A stretch of 64,000 bases of DNA from Longimicrobiales bacterium (GCA_965116905.1 OZ220732.1:1504001-1568000); one strand, 5' to 3'; shown: positions 47,982-58,096, counted from the first letter of the stretch. The notes: generated by a model from the sequence alone, not told the origin. Numbers and translations are program-made.

Positions 47982-50366
47982 ATGCCCACGTTCCTTCGCA
48001 GACTCCCACACACCGCGGCCGCGCTCGCCCTTTTGGCCATCGCGGCCCCAGCGGTCGTCGCCCCAGTGCTCGCGGCCCCGCCGCTCGCCGCCCAGCAGGT
48101 CACCGAGAGCGCCTACGCACGCGCCGAGCAGTTCCTGCCCTGGAACGCTTCCAGGCTGATCTCGGGCGATCAGGTCCAGCCCGAGTTCTTCGACGGCGAC
48201 CGTTTCTGGTTCCGCAGCCGCACGGAGTCGGGTCACGAATTCGTCGTGGTCGACCCCGCCGCCGCCACCCGCCGGTCCGCCTTCGACCACGCGCGCTTGG
48301 CCGCCGCTCTGTCCCTCGCCGCCGACACCGCCTACGAGGGGCGCGCGCTCCCCTTCGAGGAGTTCGACTTCGTGGATGGGAACGGCTCGGCGCGCTTCGG
48401 CGCGATCCGCTTCCAGGTTGCCGACTCCGTGCAGTGGACGTGCGACATCGGCGCCTACACCTGCGCCGGACCGACCCGTGCGACCGCGCTCTCCGACGCG
48501 GACCGCCCGTCGCCCGACGGCCGCTGGATCGCCTTCGCCCGCGACGAGAACCTGTGGGTGCGCGATGCCGCCAGCGGGACGGAAACGCAGCTGACCCGCG
48601 ACGGCGAAACCGACTTCGGCTACGGCGCGATCCCCGAAGGGTGCTGCCAGGAGATCACGAGCCGACGCGCCAACCGCGAGCGCTCACCGGTCATGCAGTG
48701 GTCGCCCGACTCGCGCCGCATCGCCACGCACCGCTACGACGAGCGCGAAGTCGAGCGCTTCCACCTGCTCGAAGCCGCCGACGGCCGCCCGATCCTGCAC
48801 TCGTGGGCCTACGCGCTTCCGGGCGACCCGGTGGTCCCTATGTCGGAGCTGTGGATCCTCGACGTCGAGGCCGGCACCTCGGTCCGCGCCGACATCGAGC
48901 CCCAGCCGGGCAACTTCGCTCGCGGAGACACCAGCTTCGTGGACGTGCAGTGGACGGCGGACGGCAGCAGCGTGTTCTACACGCACCGCAGCCGGGACTT
49001 CAGGAGCTACCGGCTCTTCCGCGTGGACGCCGCCACCGGCAGCGCGGCCGAACTGCTGGAAGAGACCGGGCCGACGTACGTCGAACTCAACCAATTCACC
49101 CGCTACGCCCCGGCCTGGCGGGTCCTGGGCGACGGCTCCGAGTTCCTGTGGTGGTCCGAGAGGGACGGCTTCGGACACCTCTATCTCTACGACGGCGAAG
49201 GGAACCTCAAGAACCGCGTCACCAGCGGCCCCTGGCTGGTCGTCGACCTCATCTCCGTAGACGAAACCGACCGCACCGCCTACTTCACCGCAGTGGGCCG
49301 GGAGGAGGGACGCCACCCGTACTTCATCCACCTCTACCGTGTCGGTCTGGACGGCACCGGCCTGCAGCTGCTCAGCTCCGAGGACGCGGTGCACCAGATC
49401 ACGCCCGCCCCGTCCGGCCGCTACTTCGTGGACCAGTACTCGACCCCCGAGACGGCACCCGCCACCGTCGTGCGCGACCGAGCCGGGCGCGCTGTCCAGA
49501 CCATCGAAACCGCCGATATCTCCCGCCTCCAGGACGCGGGCTGGATTCCCCCCGTCCCCTTCGAGGCCAAGGGCCGCGACGGGACCACCAGCGTCTACGG
49601 GCTGCTCTGGTTCCCCTCCAGCTTCGACCCCGACGCGAGCTACCCGGTCGTCGACTACATCTATCCAGGTCCACAGATCGGCGCCGTCACCACGTACGAC
49701 TTCTCGGCCTCCGGCCGCGGAAACGGCCGCGCGCTCGCCGAACTCGGCTTCATCGTCTTCGCGGTGGACGCCTTCGGCACCCCGCTCCGTTCCAAGGCCT
49801 TCCACGACGCCTACTACGGAAACATGGGGGACAACGGCATCCCCGATCACATCTCCGCACTCAAGGAGTTGGCGGGCCGCTACCCGCAGATGGACCTTGA
49901 CCGCGTGGGCATCTTCGGCCACTCGGGAGGCGGCTTCTCATCGACCGACGCGATTCTGCGCTGGCCCGACTTCTTCAAGGTGGCCGTGTCGGGTGCCGGC
50001 AATCACGACAACCGGGGCTATCACTTCCCGTGGGGCGAGAAGTATCAGGGCCTGCTGGTCGAGAACCCGGACGGAACCGACAGCTTCGACAGCCAGGCCA
50101 ACCAGAACCTGGCCGCGAACCTGAAGGGCAAGCTGCTGCTGCACTACGGCACGCTCGACGACAACGTCCACCCCAACATGACGATCCGGGTGATCGACGA
50201 ACTGATCGCCCACAACAAGGACTTCGACATGTTCGTGCTGCCCAACCGGAACCATGGCTACTCGAGCGAGCCCTACGTCGTGCGCCGGACCTGGGACTAC
50301 TTCATCGAGCACCTGCGCGGCGAGGTGCCGCCCAGCGAGTACAGGATTACGGGACCGGGGGGATGA
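47982..50366 (+). CDS. S9B dipeptidyl peptidase IV-like, exported
   Basis: GHSGGG, GTLDDNV, RNH catalytic triad motifs; signal peptide. Confidence 0.9.
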   Translation: MPTFLRRLPHTAAALALLAIAAPAVVAPVLAAPPLAAQQVTESAYARAEQFLPWNASRLISGDQVQPEFFDGDRFWFRSRTESGHEFVVVDPAAATRRSAFDHARLAAALSLAADTAYEGRALPFEEFDFVDGNGSARFGAIRFQVADSVQWTCDIGAYTCAGPTRATALSDADRPSPDGRWIAFARDENLWVRDAASGTETQLTRDGETDFGYGAIPEGCCQEITSRRANRERSPVMQWSPDSRRIATHRYDEREVERFHLLEAADGRPILHSWAYALPGDPVVPMSELWILDVEAGTSVRADIEPQPGNFARGDTSFVDVQWTADGSSVFYTHRSRDFRSYRLFRVDAATGSAAELLEETGPTYVELNQFTRYAPAWRVLGDGSEFLWWSERDGFGHLYLYDGEGNLKNRVTSGPWLVVDLISVDETDRTAYFTAVGREEGRHPYFIHLYRVGLDGTGLQLLSSEDAVHQITPAPSGRYFVDQYSTPETAPATVVRDRAGRAVQTIETADISRLQDAGWIPPVPFEAKGRDGTTSVYGLLWFPSSFDPDASYPVVDYIYPGPQIGAVTTYDFSASGRGNGRALAELGFIVFAVDAFGTPLRSKAFHDAYYGNMGDNGIPDHISALKELAGRYPQMDLDRVGIFGHSGGGFSSTDAILRWPDFFKVAVSGAGNHDNRGYHFPWGEKYQGLLVENPDGTDSFDSQANQNLAANLKGKLLLHYGTLDDNVHPNMTIRVIDELIAHNKDFDMFVLPNRNHGYSSEPYVVRRTWDYFIEHLRGEVPPSEYRITGPGG

Positions 50367-50448
50367 ACGCCGGCGGGGGGCTGAACGCCGGCGGGGGGGA
50401 TGCGCCAGGGAAGGGGCGTACGAGCATGTTGCCCCCGGACGTATCGTT

Positions 50449-50490
50449 GTTAGTTCAGCTTACGAGCTATACTGAACTAACAGCACGACA
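50449..50490 (-). repeat. Dispersed 42-bp hairpin element, copy C
   Basis: GTTAGTTCAGCTTACGAGCTATACTGAACTAACAGCACGACA on the + strand; perfect 11-bp arms TGTTAGTTCAG-N13-CTGAACTAACA. Confidence 0.8.
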
Positions 50491-50565
50491 CGTTCCGAGA
50501 GGAACACCCACCTCTCGCCGCAGACTCCGGGGCACGCTGTCCCCCCGGGCTAGGGGCCCCGCGGG

Positions 50566-51846
50566 CTAGGGGTTTCCCAGCAACTCTGCGCCCAACCCCT
50601 CGCGGTCCACGGCTACTCCACGCAGATACACCGCATCAATCGCGCGCGTGTTGGTGATGTCGTCGAGCGGGTTCGCGTCCAGCACGATGAAGTCGGCGCT
50701 CTTGCCGGCCTCGACCGTGCCCAGGTCGTCGGCGCCCACGAACTCGGCGGACGTGCTCGTCGCCGCCACGATCACATCGGCCGGCGACATCCCGGCCCGC
50801 ACCATGTCCGCCAGCTCCTGGTGGACCGCCCACGGCGAACCGCCGTCCGTGCCGAAGGACACCGTGAATCCCTCGCCGTGCAGCCGCATCATGTTGCGCG
50901 CCTGGATCCCGAAAAACTCCTGCGCCTCGGGGCGGTCCGTCGAATTGGCGTTCATCTCCGCGATCCGCTCGGCGGGCACCGAACCCGACAGCCAGTCGAA
51001 GGTCTCGGCCACGCCGGGTCCGGGCAGGTTGGGGACCAGCACCACGTGCTGGCGCTCGCGCCACAGGTCGACCAGCTCGTCGTCCACATCCATGTCGCGG
51101 ATCCCGTGCGCGAAGGCGTCGACACCGGCTCGGAGCAGCCCCTTCGCGTCCTCCAGGCGGAACACGTGGGCCGTCACGCGCAAGCCGTTCGCGTGCGCCT
51201 CGTCGATGACCGCGCCGTAGAGTTCGGGCGAGAGGCGTTCGTACTGGCCGCCGCGGTCGTCCACCCAGATCTTCACGATGTCGACCTGCTGGTCCGCCAG
51301 TCCACGCACCGCCGTGCGCGCCTCGTCCTCCGTAGTGACCCAGTGGGGGACCTCGCTTCTGCCCGGCTCCGGCGACGTGATGCCCCGGCCCGCGGTCTGT
51401 GAGCGCGCCGCGTCGGGCATGACCTCGTCGCGCATCTCGAAGGACGCGTCGCCCTCGTCCAGTCCGAGGCTTACCGCCAGTGAGGTCCCGTAGTACGCGG
51501 AGTGCTGGAGCTGCTCGGTCCGTGCCCCGCGTTCGGGATTGAGGTGGAAGTGGGCGTTCACGATGGCCGGCATCACGGTCTTGCCGCTCAGGTCCATGCG
51601 GGCAGCCCCTTCGGGAACCTCCACGTCGCCGGTCGCCCCGACCTCGGCAAACCGGCCGCCGTCCACGACGAAGACGGCGCCCTCGATCACCGCACCGTCG
51701 CCCACGATCACCCGGGCTCCCTCGAAGACGACGGCGCTCGACGCCGGCGCGTCGGATCCGGCTTCGCAGCCGCCCGCCAGCGCAACCGATACGAAGAGAA
51801 GGGGGAACGTCGCCGCAAAACGTGTTCTGCAAGTCGATCCAGACAT
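50566..51846 (-). CDS. Amidohydrolase-family lipoprotein
   Basis: Lipobox AGGC; NAHFH, VKI, AHV, AHG, FGTD, GKSAD. Confidence 0.85.
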   Translation of the reverse strand: MSGSTCRTRFAATFPLLFVSVALAGGCEAGSDAPASSAVVFEGARVIVGDGAVIEGAVFVVDGGRFAEVGATGDVEVPEGAARMDLSGKTVMPAIVNAHFHLNPERGARTEQLQHSAYYGTSLAVSLGLDEGDASFEMRDEVMPDAARSQTAGRGITSPEPGRSEVPHWVTTEDEARTAVRGLADQQVDIVKIWVDDRGGQYERLSPELYGAVIDEAHANGLRVTAHVFRLEDAKGLLRAGVDAFAHGIRDMDVDDELVDLWRERQHVVLVPNLPGPGVAETFDWLSGSVPAERIAEMNANSTDRPEAQEFFGIQARNMMRLHGEGFTVSFGTDGGSPWAVHQELADMVRAGMSPADVIVAATSTSAEFVGADDLGTVEAGKSADFIVLDANPLDDITNTRAIDAVYLRGVAVDREGLGAELLGNP

Positions 51847-51847
51847 G

Positions 51848-52573
51848 TCAAGCCTCACTTCGGATGGATGCGTTACCGTCGGCCCGCCGAAAGGTCCATC
51901 CTCCGTACAGCAGGCTCTGTTGGAATCGGCGCGGCTCAACCAGGCCGGCCTTGCGCGCCAGTTCGACAACCCGCGACGCCGGGGCAAAGTGTATCCCCTC
52001 GCGAATCCGCGCGTCGAAGCGGCGCTTCTCGTCCCCCGTCATTCCGCGGATGGTCCAGTAGCGCCGCCAGGCCGACAGGTAGCGCCCGTGCTCCTCCGGG
52101 TCGGCACCGCCGTGCAGGTCGAAGAGGACGAAGACGCCGCCGGGCTTCATCCGCTGTGCAATGTCGTCCAGCAGTGCCGCCTTGCTCCCGTCGTCGGGGA
52201 CGAAGTGAAGGACGTTGATCAGGGTGGCGGCGTCGTATAGCGGCGTGGCCGCGACATCCGCGGCGTACCCGAGCTGAAAGGTGACGCCGTCGGCCATCCC
52301 CGCCTCCGCAACGCGGCGCCGAGCGATCTCCAACATCTGCTCCGAGGGGTCGACTCCATGGACTTCGAGGTCGGGCCGCACCTGCTTCAATGTCACGAGT
52401 TCGATTCCCGTGCCGGCCCCGATCACCAGAACCCGCGCGCCCGGCGGAAGATCCGGCTCGACGAGCGCGGCGAACATGGGGAAGAAGGTCAGGTATCCGG
52501 GGATGACCTGCCGGGCCAGGGCCTCGTAGCTCTCCCCGTAATCGCCGTCGAAGTTGAAGGCTCCCTCGTCCAA
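51848..52573 (-). CDS. Class I SAM-dependent methyltransferase (CmoA-like fold)
   Basis: VLVIGAGTG, GVDPSEQML, VLHF, MKPGG. Confidence 0.85.
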   Translation of the reverse strand: MDEGAFNFDGDYGESYEALARQVIPGYLTFFPMFAALVEPDLPPGARVLVIGAGTGIELVTLKQVRPDLEVHGVDPSEQMLEIARRRVAEAGMADGVTFQLGYAADVAATPLYDAATLINVLHFVPDDGSKAALLDDIAQRMKPGGVFVLFDLHGGADPEEHGRYLSAWRRYWTIRGMTGDEKRRFDARIREGIHFAPASRVVELARKAGLVEPRRFQQSLLYGGWTFRRADGNASIRSEA

Positions 52574-52687
52574 AGCGGGCTGCCCACCTATTCTGTAGGG
52601 ACTGACAGGTGCTCACGGCGTTGCGCTTCGGCAGTGCCGCGCCCACAGCGTCGCACCTCGGCAACGCCATCGGCCAGGATAAGACGA

Positions 52688-54070
52688 ATGCCCCTCGACC
52701 CGCTACCGCCGGCCGCACCCGGCGAGCCATTCGCGCGACGAGACTTCCTGAAAGCGTCGGCGGCCCTGGCGGCCACCTTCCCCGCGCTGCCGCCCACCCT
52801 CTCCGCCTCGCTTCGGCCCGCCGCGCCTGCCGCGCCGTCCGCACAGGCACCGCTCGTCGACGGCGACCGCCTCAACGCGATCCTCGACGTCTTCCGCCGC
52901 TACGGAGGCGGCGACGACGGCGGAACGACCCGCCTGGCCTACAGCGACGAAGACATCGCCGCCAGGGCCTACGCCGCCTCCGTCATGGAGAGCGCCGGCC
53001 TGCAAGTGTCGGTGGACATCGCCGGCAACCTCATCGGACGGCGCGACGGTGCCGACCCGGCCGCGCTCCCGATCGTCATCGGGTCCCACCTGGACACGGT
53101 GCCCGGGGGCGGCAGCTACGACGGCCACGTGGGCTGCGCGGCGGCGTTCGAGGTCGCGCTCACCCTGCATCACCACGGGGTCGCCCTGGGACATCCCCTC
53201 GAAGTCGTCGTCTTCCAGAACGAAGAGGGGGGCAAGACCGGCAGCCGCGCGCTCGTCGGGCGGGTCGAGCCGTTCGAATTCGACGCCGTCACGGCCTCCG
53301 GCCTCACCATACGGGACGGCATCAACCGGCTCGGCGGCGACGCCGCGCGGCTCGACGAGGCGCAGCGCGAACCCGGTTCCATGGCGGGGTTCCTCGAGCT
53401 GCACATCGAGCAGGGCGCGGTCCTCGAAACAGCCGGCACCCAGATCGGCATCGTCGAGGGGATCGTCGGCATCCGTCGCTGGAACATGACGGTGCTCGGC
53501 GCCCAGAACCACGCGGGCACGACACCCATGCCCCAGCGCCGGGACGCGCTCGTCGCCACCGCCGACATGATCCGCGCCGTCCACGAGGTCGCGACCACCA
53601 TGGACGGGAGGCAGGTGGCCACGGTCGGCAGGATCGAGGCCGTGCCGGGCGCGCCCAACGTCGTGCCGGGCGAGGTGCGGGCCACGCTTGAGATCCGGGA
53701 CCTCGAAATGGACAAAATCGGACAGATTTTCGCCGAAATTGTCGCATCCGCCCGCGAAATCGAGTCCGCCCGCGACGTCACCATCGAATTCGAGCGATTC
53801 TACGAGAGCCTCGCCGCGCCCACCGCCCCCGCCTTCCGCGACATCCTTGAGCGGGCCGCAACCGATCTCGGCTATTCGACCATGCGCATGCCGTCAGGAG
53901 CCGGGCACGACGCCCAGAGCATGGCCGAACTGGGTCCCGTCGGCATGATCTTCGTCCCCAGCCGCGACGGCATCAGCCACGCGCCGGAAGAATACACCGC
54001 GCCCGAGGACATCACCCGCGGGGCCAACGTGCTGCTGCACGGGGTGCTGGCGCTGAACGCGGAGATTTGA
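52688..54070 (+). CDS. M20 Zn-dependent hydrolase (N-carbamoylase/allantoate amidohydrolase family), Tat-exported
   Basis: RRDFLK; GSHLD, YDG, NEEG, ELHIEQG, HAGTTPM, GAGHDA. Confidence 0.9.
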   Translation: MPLDPLPPAAPGEPFARRDFLKASAALAATFPALPPTLSASLRPAAPAAPSAQAPLVDGDRLNAILDVFRRYGGGDDGGTTRLAYSDEDIAARAYAASVMESAGLQVSVDIAGNLIGRRDGADPAALPIVIGSHLDTVPGGGSYDGHVGCAAAFEVALTLHHHGVALGHPLEVVVFQNEEGGKTGSRALVGRVEPFEFDAVTASGLTIRDGINRLGGDAARLDEAQREPGSMAGFLELHIEQGAVLETAGTQIGIVEGIVGIRRWNMTVLGAQNHAGTTPMPQRRDALVATADMIRAVHEVATTMDGRQVATVGRIEAVPGAPNVVPGEVRATLEIRDLEMDKIGQIFAEIVASAREIESARDVTIEFERFYESLAAPTAPAFRDILERAATDLGYSTMRMPSGAGHDAQSMAELGPVGMIFVPSRDGISHAPEEYTAPEDITRGANVLLHGVLALNAEI

Positions 54071-54128
54071 GCGGGCGCCGGCCAGGCCAGCTGGCGGGGC
54101 ACCCCCATGGCCGGTTGGGACACCCCCC

Positions 54129-55061
54129 CTACAAGTACGTCAGCCACCCCCACGGATCCGGCGCCTCGCCGTTCGCCAGCTCCAGGTAGCGCGCCTGAAT
54201 CCGCTCGGTCACCGGCCCCCGGCGTCCGGTCCCCACCTCCAGCCCGTCCACCGACCGGATCGGGGTCACCTCCGACGCGGTCCCCGTAAAGAACAGCTCG
54301 TCGGCCGCGTACAGCATCTCCCGCGGCACCAGCTGCTCGCGGACCGTGTAGCCCAGCTCCTCCGAGATCTTCAGCACCGAATGCCGCGTGATCCCCGACA
54401 GCGAAGTCCCGTCCAGGATCGGTGTGACGACCTCGCCGTCGACGACCATGAACAGGTTCTGCCCGCTGCCCTCGCTCACCAGCCCGCTGGGCCCCAGGCC
54501 GATCGCCTCCGCGTAGCCGTGCGACGACGCCTCCATCACCATCAGCGTCGACACCAGGTAGTTGCCCGCCGACTTCGCCCCGCTCGGGACGGTGTTCGGC
54601 GCCGGCCGGTTCCACGACGACACGCACACGTCGACCCCCTTGGCCAGCCCCTCCTCGCCCAGATACGCGCCCCACGGCCACACCGGGATATAGGTCTCGA
54701 TCGGGCTGAGGTCGGGGCGCATGCTCGACGCCCCGTAGCCGCGCAACACCATCGGCCGGATGTAGCACGACTTCAGGTCGTTCTTGCGGATCGTCGCGCT
54801 CACGGCGTCGGCCAGCTCGTCGATCGTGTGGTCCGGCTGCATCCGGTACGTCCGGCTCGACGACATCAGCCGCTTCAGGTGCGCGTCCAGCCGAAAGACC
54901 GCCGGCCCCTTCGCCGTCTCGTAGCAGCGCACGCCTTCGAAGACCGACGCCGCGAACTGCACCGCCAGGCTCAGCACATGGACCTGAGCGTCCTCCCAGC
55001 GGACGAACTCCCCGTCCTTCCAGATCCACGGGCTCCCGACGAGCCTGCCCGCCGAGCCCAC
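54129..55061 (-). CDS. ilvE: Branched-chain amino acid aminotransferase
   Basis: VFEGVRCY, YIRP, AKSAGNY, EGSGQN, GITR, GTASEV; GGAGG then GTG. Confidence 0.9.
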   Translation of the reverse strand: MGSAGRLVGSPWIWKDGEFVRWEDAQVHVLSLAVQFAASVFEGVRCYETAKGPAVFRLDAHLKRLMSSSRTYRMQPDHTIDELADAVSATIRKNDLKSCYIRPMVLRGYGASSMRPDLSPIETYIPVWPWGAYLGEEGLAKGVDVCVSSWNRPAPNTVPSGAKSAGNYLVSTLMVMEASSHGYAEAIGLGPSGLVSEGSGQNLFMVVDGEVVTPILDGTSLSGITRHSVLKISEELGYTVREQLVPREMLYAADELFFTGTASEVTPIRSVDGLEVGTGRRGPVTERIQARYLELANGEAPDPWGWLTYL

Positions 55062-55453
55062 TATTCCTCCCCGCCGGAGCCGGCGCTCCGCAGGTACGAG
55101 TCCGTTCCGTCCAGCCAGTCCTGCCGCGGCGGCGTGAACACGTCCACGTCGATCGTGTCCTCCAGCGCCACGGCCTCGTGCGGCACGTTGCTGGGCAGGT
55201 GCAGCACCTCGCCCGAGCGCACCACCAGGTCCTGCGGCCCGTCGTCCCCGATCCGGAACTTGAGCGCGCCCTCCAGCACGTAGGTGATCTGCTCGTTGTC
55301 GTGCGAGTGCATCGGCACAAGCGCACCCTTTTTGAGATAGACGTGCGCCAGCATCGCCCGCTCGCCGGTGATCAGACTCCGCGAAATGAGCGGGTTGAGT
55401 TCCTCGACGGGTTGCTCGGCCACGCGATAGTGGGTGACGGCTGCATCGCTCAT
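55061..55453 (-). CDS. Cupin domain protein
   Basis: HSHDNEQ...PSNVPH; FTPPRQDW. Confidence 0.88.
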   Translation of the reverse strand: MSDAAVTHYRVAEQPVEELNPLISRSLITGERAMLAHVYLKKGALVPMHSHDNEQITYVLEGALKFRIGDDGPQDLVVRSGEVLHLPSNVPHEAVALEDTIDVDVFTPPRQDWLDGTDSYLRSAGSGGEE

Positions 55454-55663
55454 GGGGTTTCCGTAGGGAATGAGGGCGGTGTGGCCGGGCGCGGAGCGAA
55501 ACCGGCGCCCGGAAGGCTTCCCAATCTGTACCGGCCGCGGAGGATTGGAAAGATCGCCGCGCGGCCACCGCCCCGGGCACCTGGCCACCTCCCGGCGCGC
55601 CTGCCCTCCCGAGCCTGGCCGCCTCTCGGCGCGCCGCGGAACGCCGCGGTGTATTATCCACTC

Positions 55664-57394
55664 ATGAGCCGACCGCTGCCCGTCCTTCTCCCCATCCTGC
55701 TCCTCCCCATCCTCCTCTGCCCGGTCCGCGCGGAGGCGCAGCCCGTACTGGGCATCGTCGTCGAGGAAGGCACGGGCCGGCCCGTTATGGGGGCGATGGT
55801 CATGCTTTTCGACGAGGGCGGCGACCGGGTCGACCGCATGCTGACCAACGTCGCGGGCAGGTTCGCGCTGGACGCCCGCGCTCCAGGGCCCCACTACCTC
55901 ACGGTCGAGAGGATCGGCTACGCCACGCTGACCACCGATCGCTTCGCCGCGGGCCCCGACGACCTCTACCTCACCATCGACGTCCCGATCGAGCCGGTCG
56001 CGCTCACCGGCCTGGATGTCGAGAGCGGGCGCCGCTGCGAGGTGAGGCCCGAAGAGGGACGGGTGACGGCCCGCGTCTGGGACGAGGTGCGCAAGGCCCT
56101 GACGGCCGAGGCGTGGACGCGCGAGGCCGCCCTGTACCGCTACACGCTGGAGCGCTTCTCGCGGGCCCTGGACCGGGAGGGCGACAACGTGCTCGCGGAC
56201 ACGACGCGAATCACCACGAACCGGGAAGCGGCCTTCGTGTCGGCACCGATCGAACGGCTCGCCGCCGAGGGGTTCGTGCAGGCGGAGGGCGATTCCGCCA
56301 CCACCTACTACGCACCCGACGCGGGGGCACTGATCTCCGATGTGTTCCTGGACACGCACTGCATGAGGGTGCGGGAAGGCGACGACGGCCGCCTCGGGCT
56401 CACCTTCGAGCCGATCCCCGAACGCCGGGTTCCGGACATCGCCGGCGTCCTCTGGGTGGACGCGGCGACCGGCGAGCTGGACAGGCTGGAGTACGGCTAC
56501 CGGAACCTGATCCGCTCAAGCGAGATCGGCGATCCGGGTGGCGAGGTCTCGTTCTCCCGCCTTCCGAACGGTGCCTGGATCGTCGGTGACTGGAGGATCA
56601 GGATGCCGCGCCTGGAGTCGGTTCTCGGCATCATCCGCCGCTACGGTTACCACGACGAGGGGGGCGTCACCCGGGCCGTCACCGACAACCGCGGCCGCAC
56701 CGTGCTCGACGCCGAGGCCGGCACCATCTTCGGCGTGGTCACCGACTCATTGGGGACGGGGCCGCCGGGCGAGGCGGTGTTCGTCGACATCCCCGGCACC
56801 GCCGCCGGCATGATCCCCGACGACGACGGCTCCTTCCTGTTCAGCGGCCTGGACGCCGGGCGCCACGTCGTGCGGCTGCAGCGTCCGCTTCTCTCGTCAT
56901 GGGGCCTGGCGGCGGCCGAGGCCGCGGTCGACGCCGAAATCGGCGAGGTCGCGTACGTCCGGGTCCGCGCGCCGTCGGTCGCCGATGCTCTGGCGTCTTC
57001 ATGCGGGGGTGCGCCGAGTCCCCCCGGTACCGCCGCGCTCCTCGGCCGGGTCACCACACCGGAAGACGTGCCGGCGGGTCAGACGCGGGTCACCGTGCGC
57101 TGGCCGGCGGCGACGGGCTACAGCCCGACCGGCCCCGCGACCCCCCACGACCCTTCCGGCGAGCCGGGACCGGCCTGGGAGACCGGCCGCGACGGCCACT
57201 TCGCCACAGCCACCACCACCACGGACGCGAGGGGCCTCTTCCTGCTCTGCGACGTGCCGCCGGGTCTGCGCCTGGCGGCCACCGTCGGCCGCCCCGGCGC
57301 GGAACCGACCGTGCCCACCACGATCTTCGTCGAGCCGGGTGTCCCGGCGGTGGTGAAGCGGATCGTTATGTCAACTTTGGATTACATGATGTAA
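55664..57394 (+). CDS. Exported carboxypeptidase-regulatory-like domain protein
   Basis: Signal peptide; GIVVEEGTGRPVMGA...ERIGY; repeated beta-sandwich modules. Confidence 0.7.
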   Translation: MSRPLPVLLPILLLPILLCPVRAEAQPVLGIVVEEGTGRPVMGAMVMLFDEGGDRVDRMLTNVAGRFALDARAPGPHYLTVERIGYATLTTDRFAAGPDDLYLTIDVPIEPVALTGLDVESGRRCEVRPEEGRVTARVWDEVRKALTAEAWTREAALYRYTLERFSRALDREGDNVLADTTRITTNREAAFVSAPIERLAAEGFVQAEGDSATTYYAPDAGALISDVFLDTHCMRVREGDDGRLGLTFEPIPERRVPDIAGVLWVDAATGELDRLEYGYRNLIRSSEIGDPGGEVSFSRLPNGAWIVGDWRIRMPRLESVLGIIRRYGYHDEGGVTRAVTDNRGRTVLDAEAGTIFGVVTDSLGTGPPGEAVFVDIPGTAAGMIPDDDGSFLFSGLDAGRHVVRLQRPLLSSWGLAAAEAAVDAEIGEVAYVRVRAPSVADALASSCGGAPSPPGTAALLGRVTTPEDVPAGQTRVTVRWPAATGYSPTGPATPHDPSGEPGPAWETGRDGHFATATTTTDARGLFLLCDVPPGLRLAATVGRPGAEPTVPTTIFVEPGVPAVVKRIVMSTLDYMM

Positions 57395-57407
57395 ACTGGA
57401 GTTGACA
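57369..57407. other. 39-bp AT-rich inverted repeat spanning the overlap of two convergent genes
   Basis: TGTCAACT-TTGGA-TTACAT-G-ATGTAA-ACTGG-AGTTGACA. Confidence 0.75.
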
Positions 57408-57892
57408 ACCATCCACAGCCCGACGGCCACGCAAAAGAACGAGGCCACCCAGGACCAGTAGCCGATCAGCAGATACGATACCGGGTCCCCTTCGCCCACC
57501 ATCCAGATCGGCCAGTAGACCAGATTCAGCACGCCCGCGCCCCCGACCAGCCATCGGAGCCGACGACCTTGGCCGGATCGCGAAGTGCGCAGAGCCAGCA
57601 AGCTGGCCAGCATGAGGAGGTTGGTCAGGGCGCTCAGCTTGCCGAGCCAATCACCCAATACGAGGGCGTTCAGGAAAGCCTCCGCACCGATATCAGTGGA
57701 TAGGGCGTCAGTATCACTTGGATCCGGCAGGGTCGCTGCCAGGTGGCCGTTCTCGACATACGCCGGCAACACGAACGACACGGCAAAAAGGGCCCATCCC
57801 GCGTAGACCAGCCGCCACCATGTCGGCTTTCCAGCCTTCGAGGACTCCTTCGACAGTTCCGTCAGTGCTTCCATCTTTTGACTCCGAGTCAT
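57371..57892 (-). CDS. Hypothetical membrane protein (about 4 TM)
   Basis: Hydrophobic segments; LLIGYWSWVAS. Start uncertain. Confidence 0.6.
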   Translation of the reverse strand: MTRSQKMEALTELSKESSKAGKPTWWRLVYAGWALFAVSFVLPAYVENGHLAATLPDPSDTDALSTDIGAEAFLNALVLGDWLGKLSALTNLLMLASLLALRTSRSGQGRRLRWLVGGAGVLNLVYWPIWMVGEGDPVSYLLIGYWSWVASFFCVAVGLWMVVNSSLHHVIQS

Positions 57893-58015
57893 TTCCAGTG
57901 CGGAGATGAGCCTGAACGTATTGGGCCCTCCACCTTCGCGCGATGCCAGCGCCTCCGGCGCCAGTTCGGTACGCGGGTGCGGAGTCGTACCCATTCCGGA
58001 CAGTTCGTAGAATGA

Positions 58016-58079
58016 GTTAGGTATTGACCTAACATTAGTATCGTCGCTAAATTTAGATTATACCCTAACAACATCTAAC
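58016..58079 (+). promoter_or_regulatory. Promoter with a palindrome and repeated CTAA(C) motifs upstream of the AAA ATPase
   Basis: GTTAGGT-ATTG-ACCTAAC; TTGACC-18nt-TAAATT. Confidence 0.6.
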
Positions 58080-58096
58080 GATAAGGCGGGTGCTCC

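Noticed and set aside
7189..50490. The 42-bp elements as integron attC sites, dif sites or LexA boxes
   Set aside because: Arm order is GTT...AAC rather than RYYYAAC...GTTRRRY, no integrase is present, and spacing does not fit dif or the LexA boxes I know.
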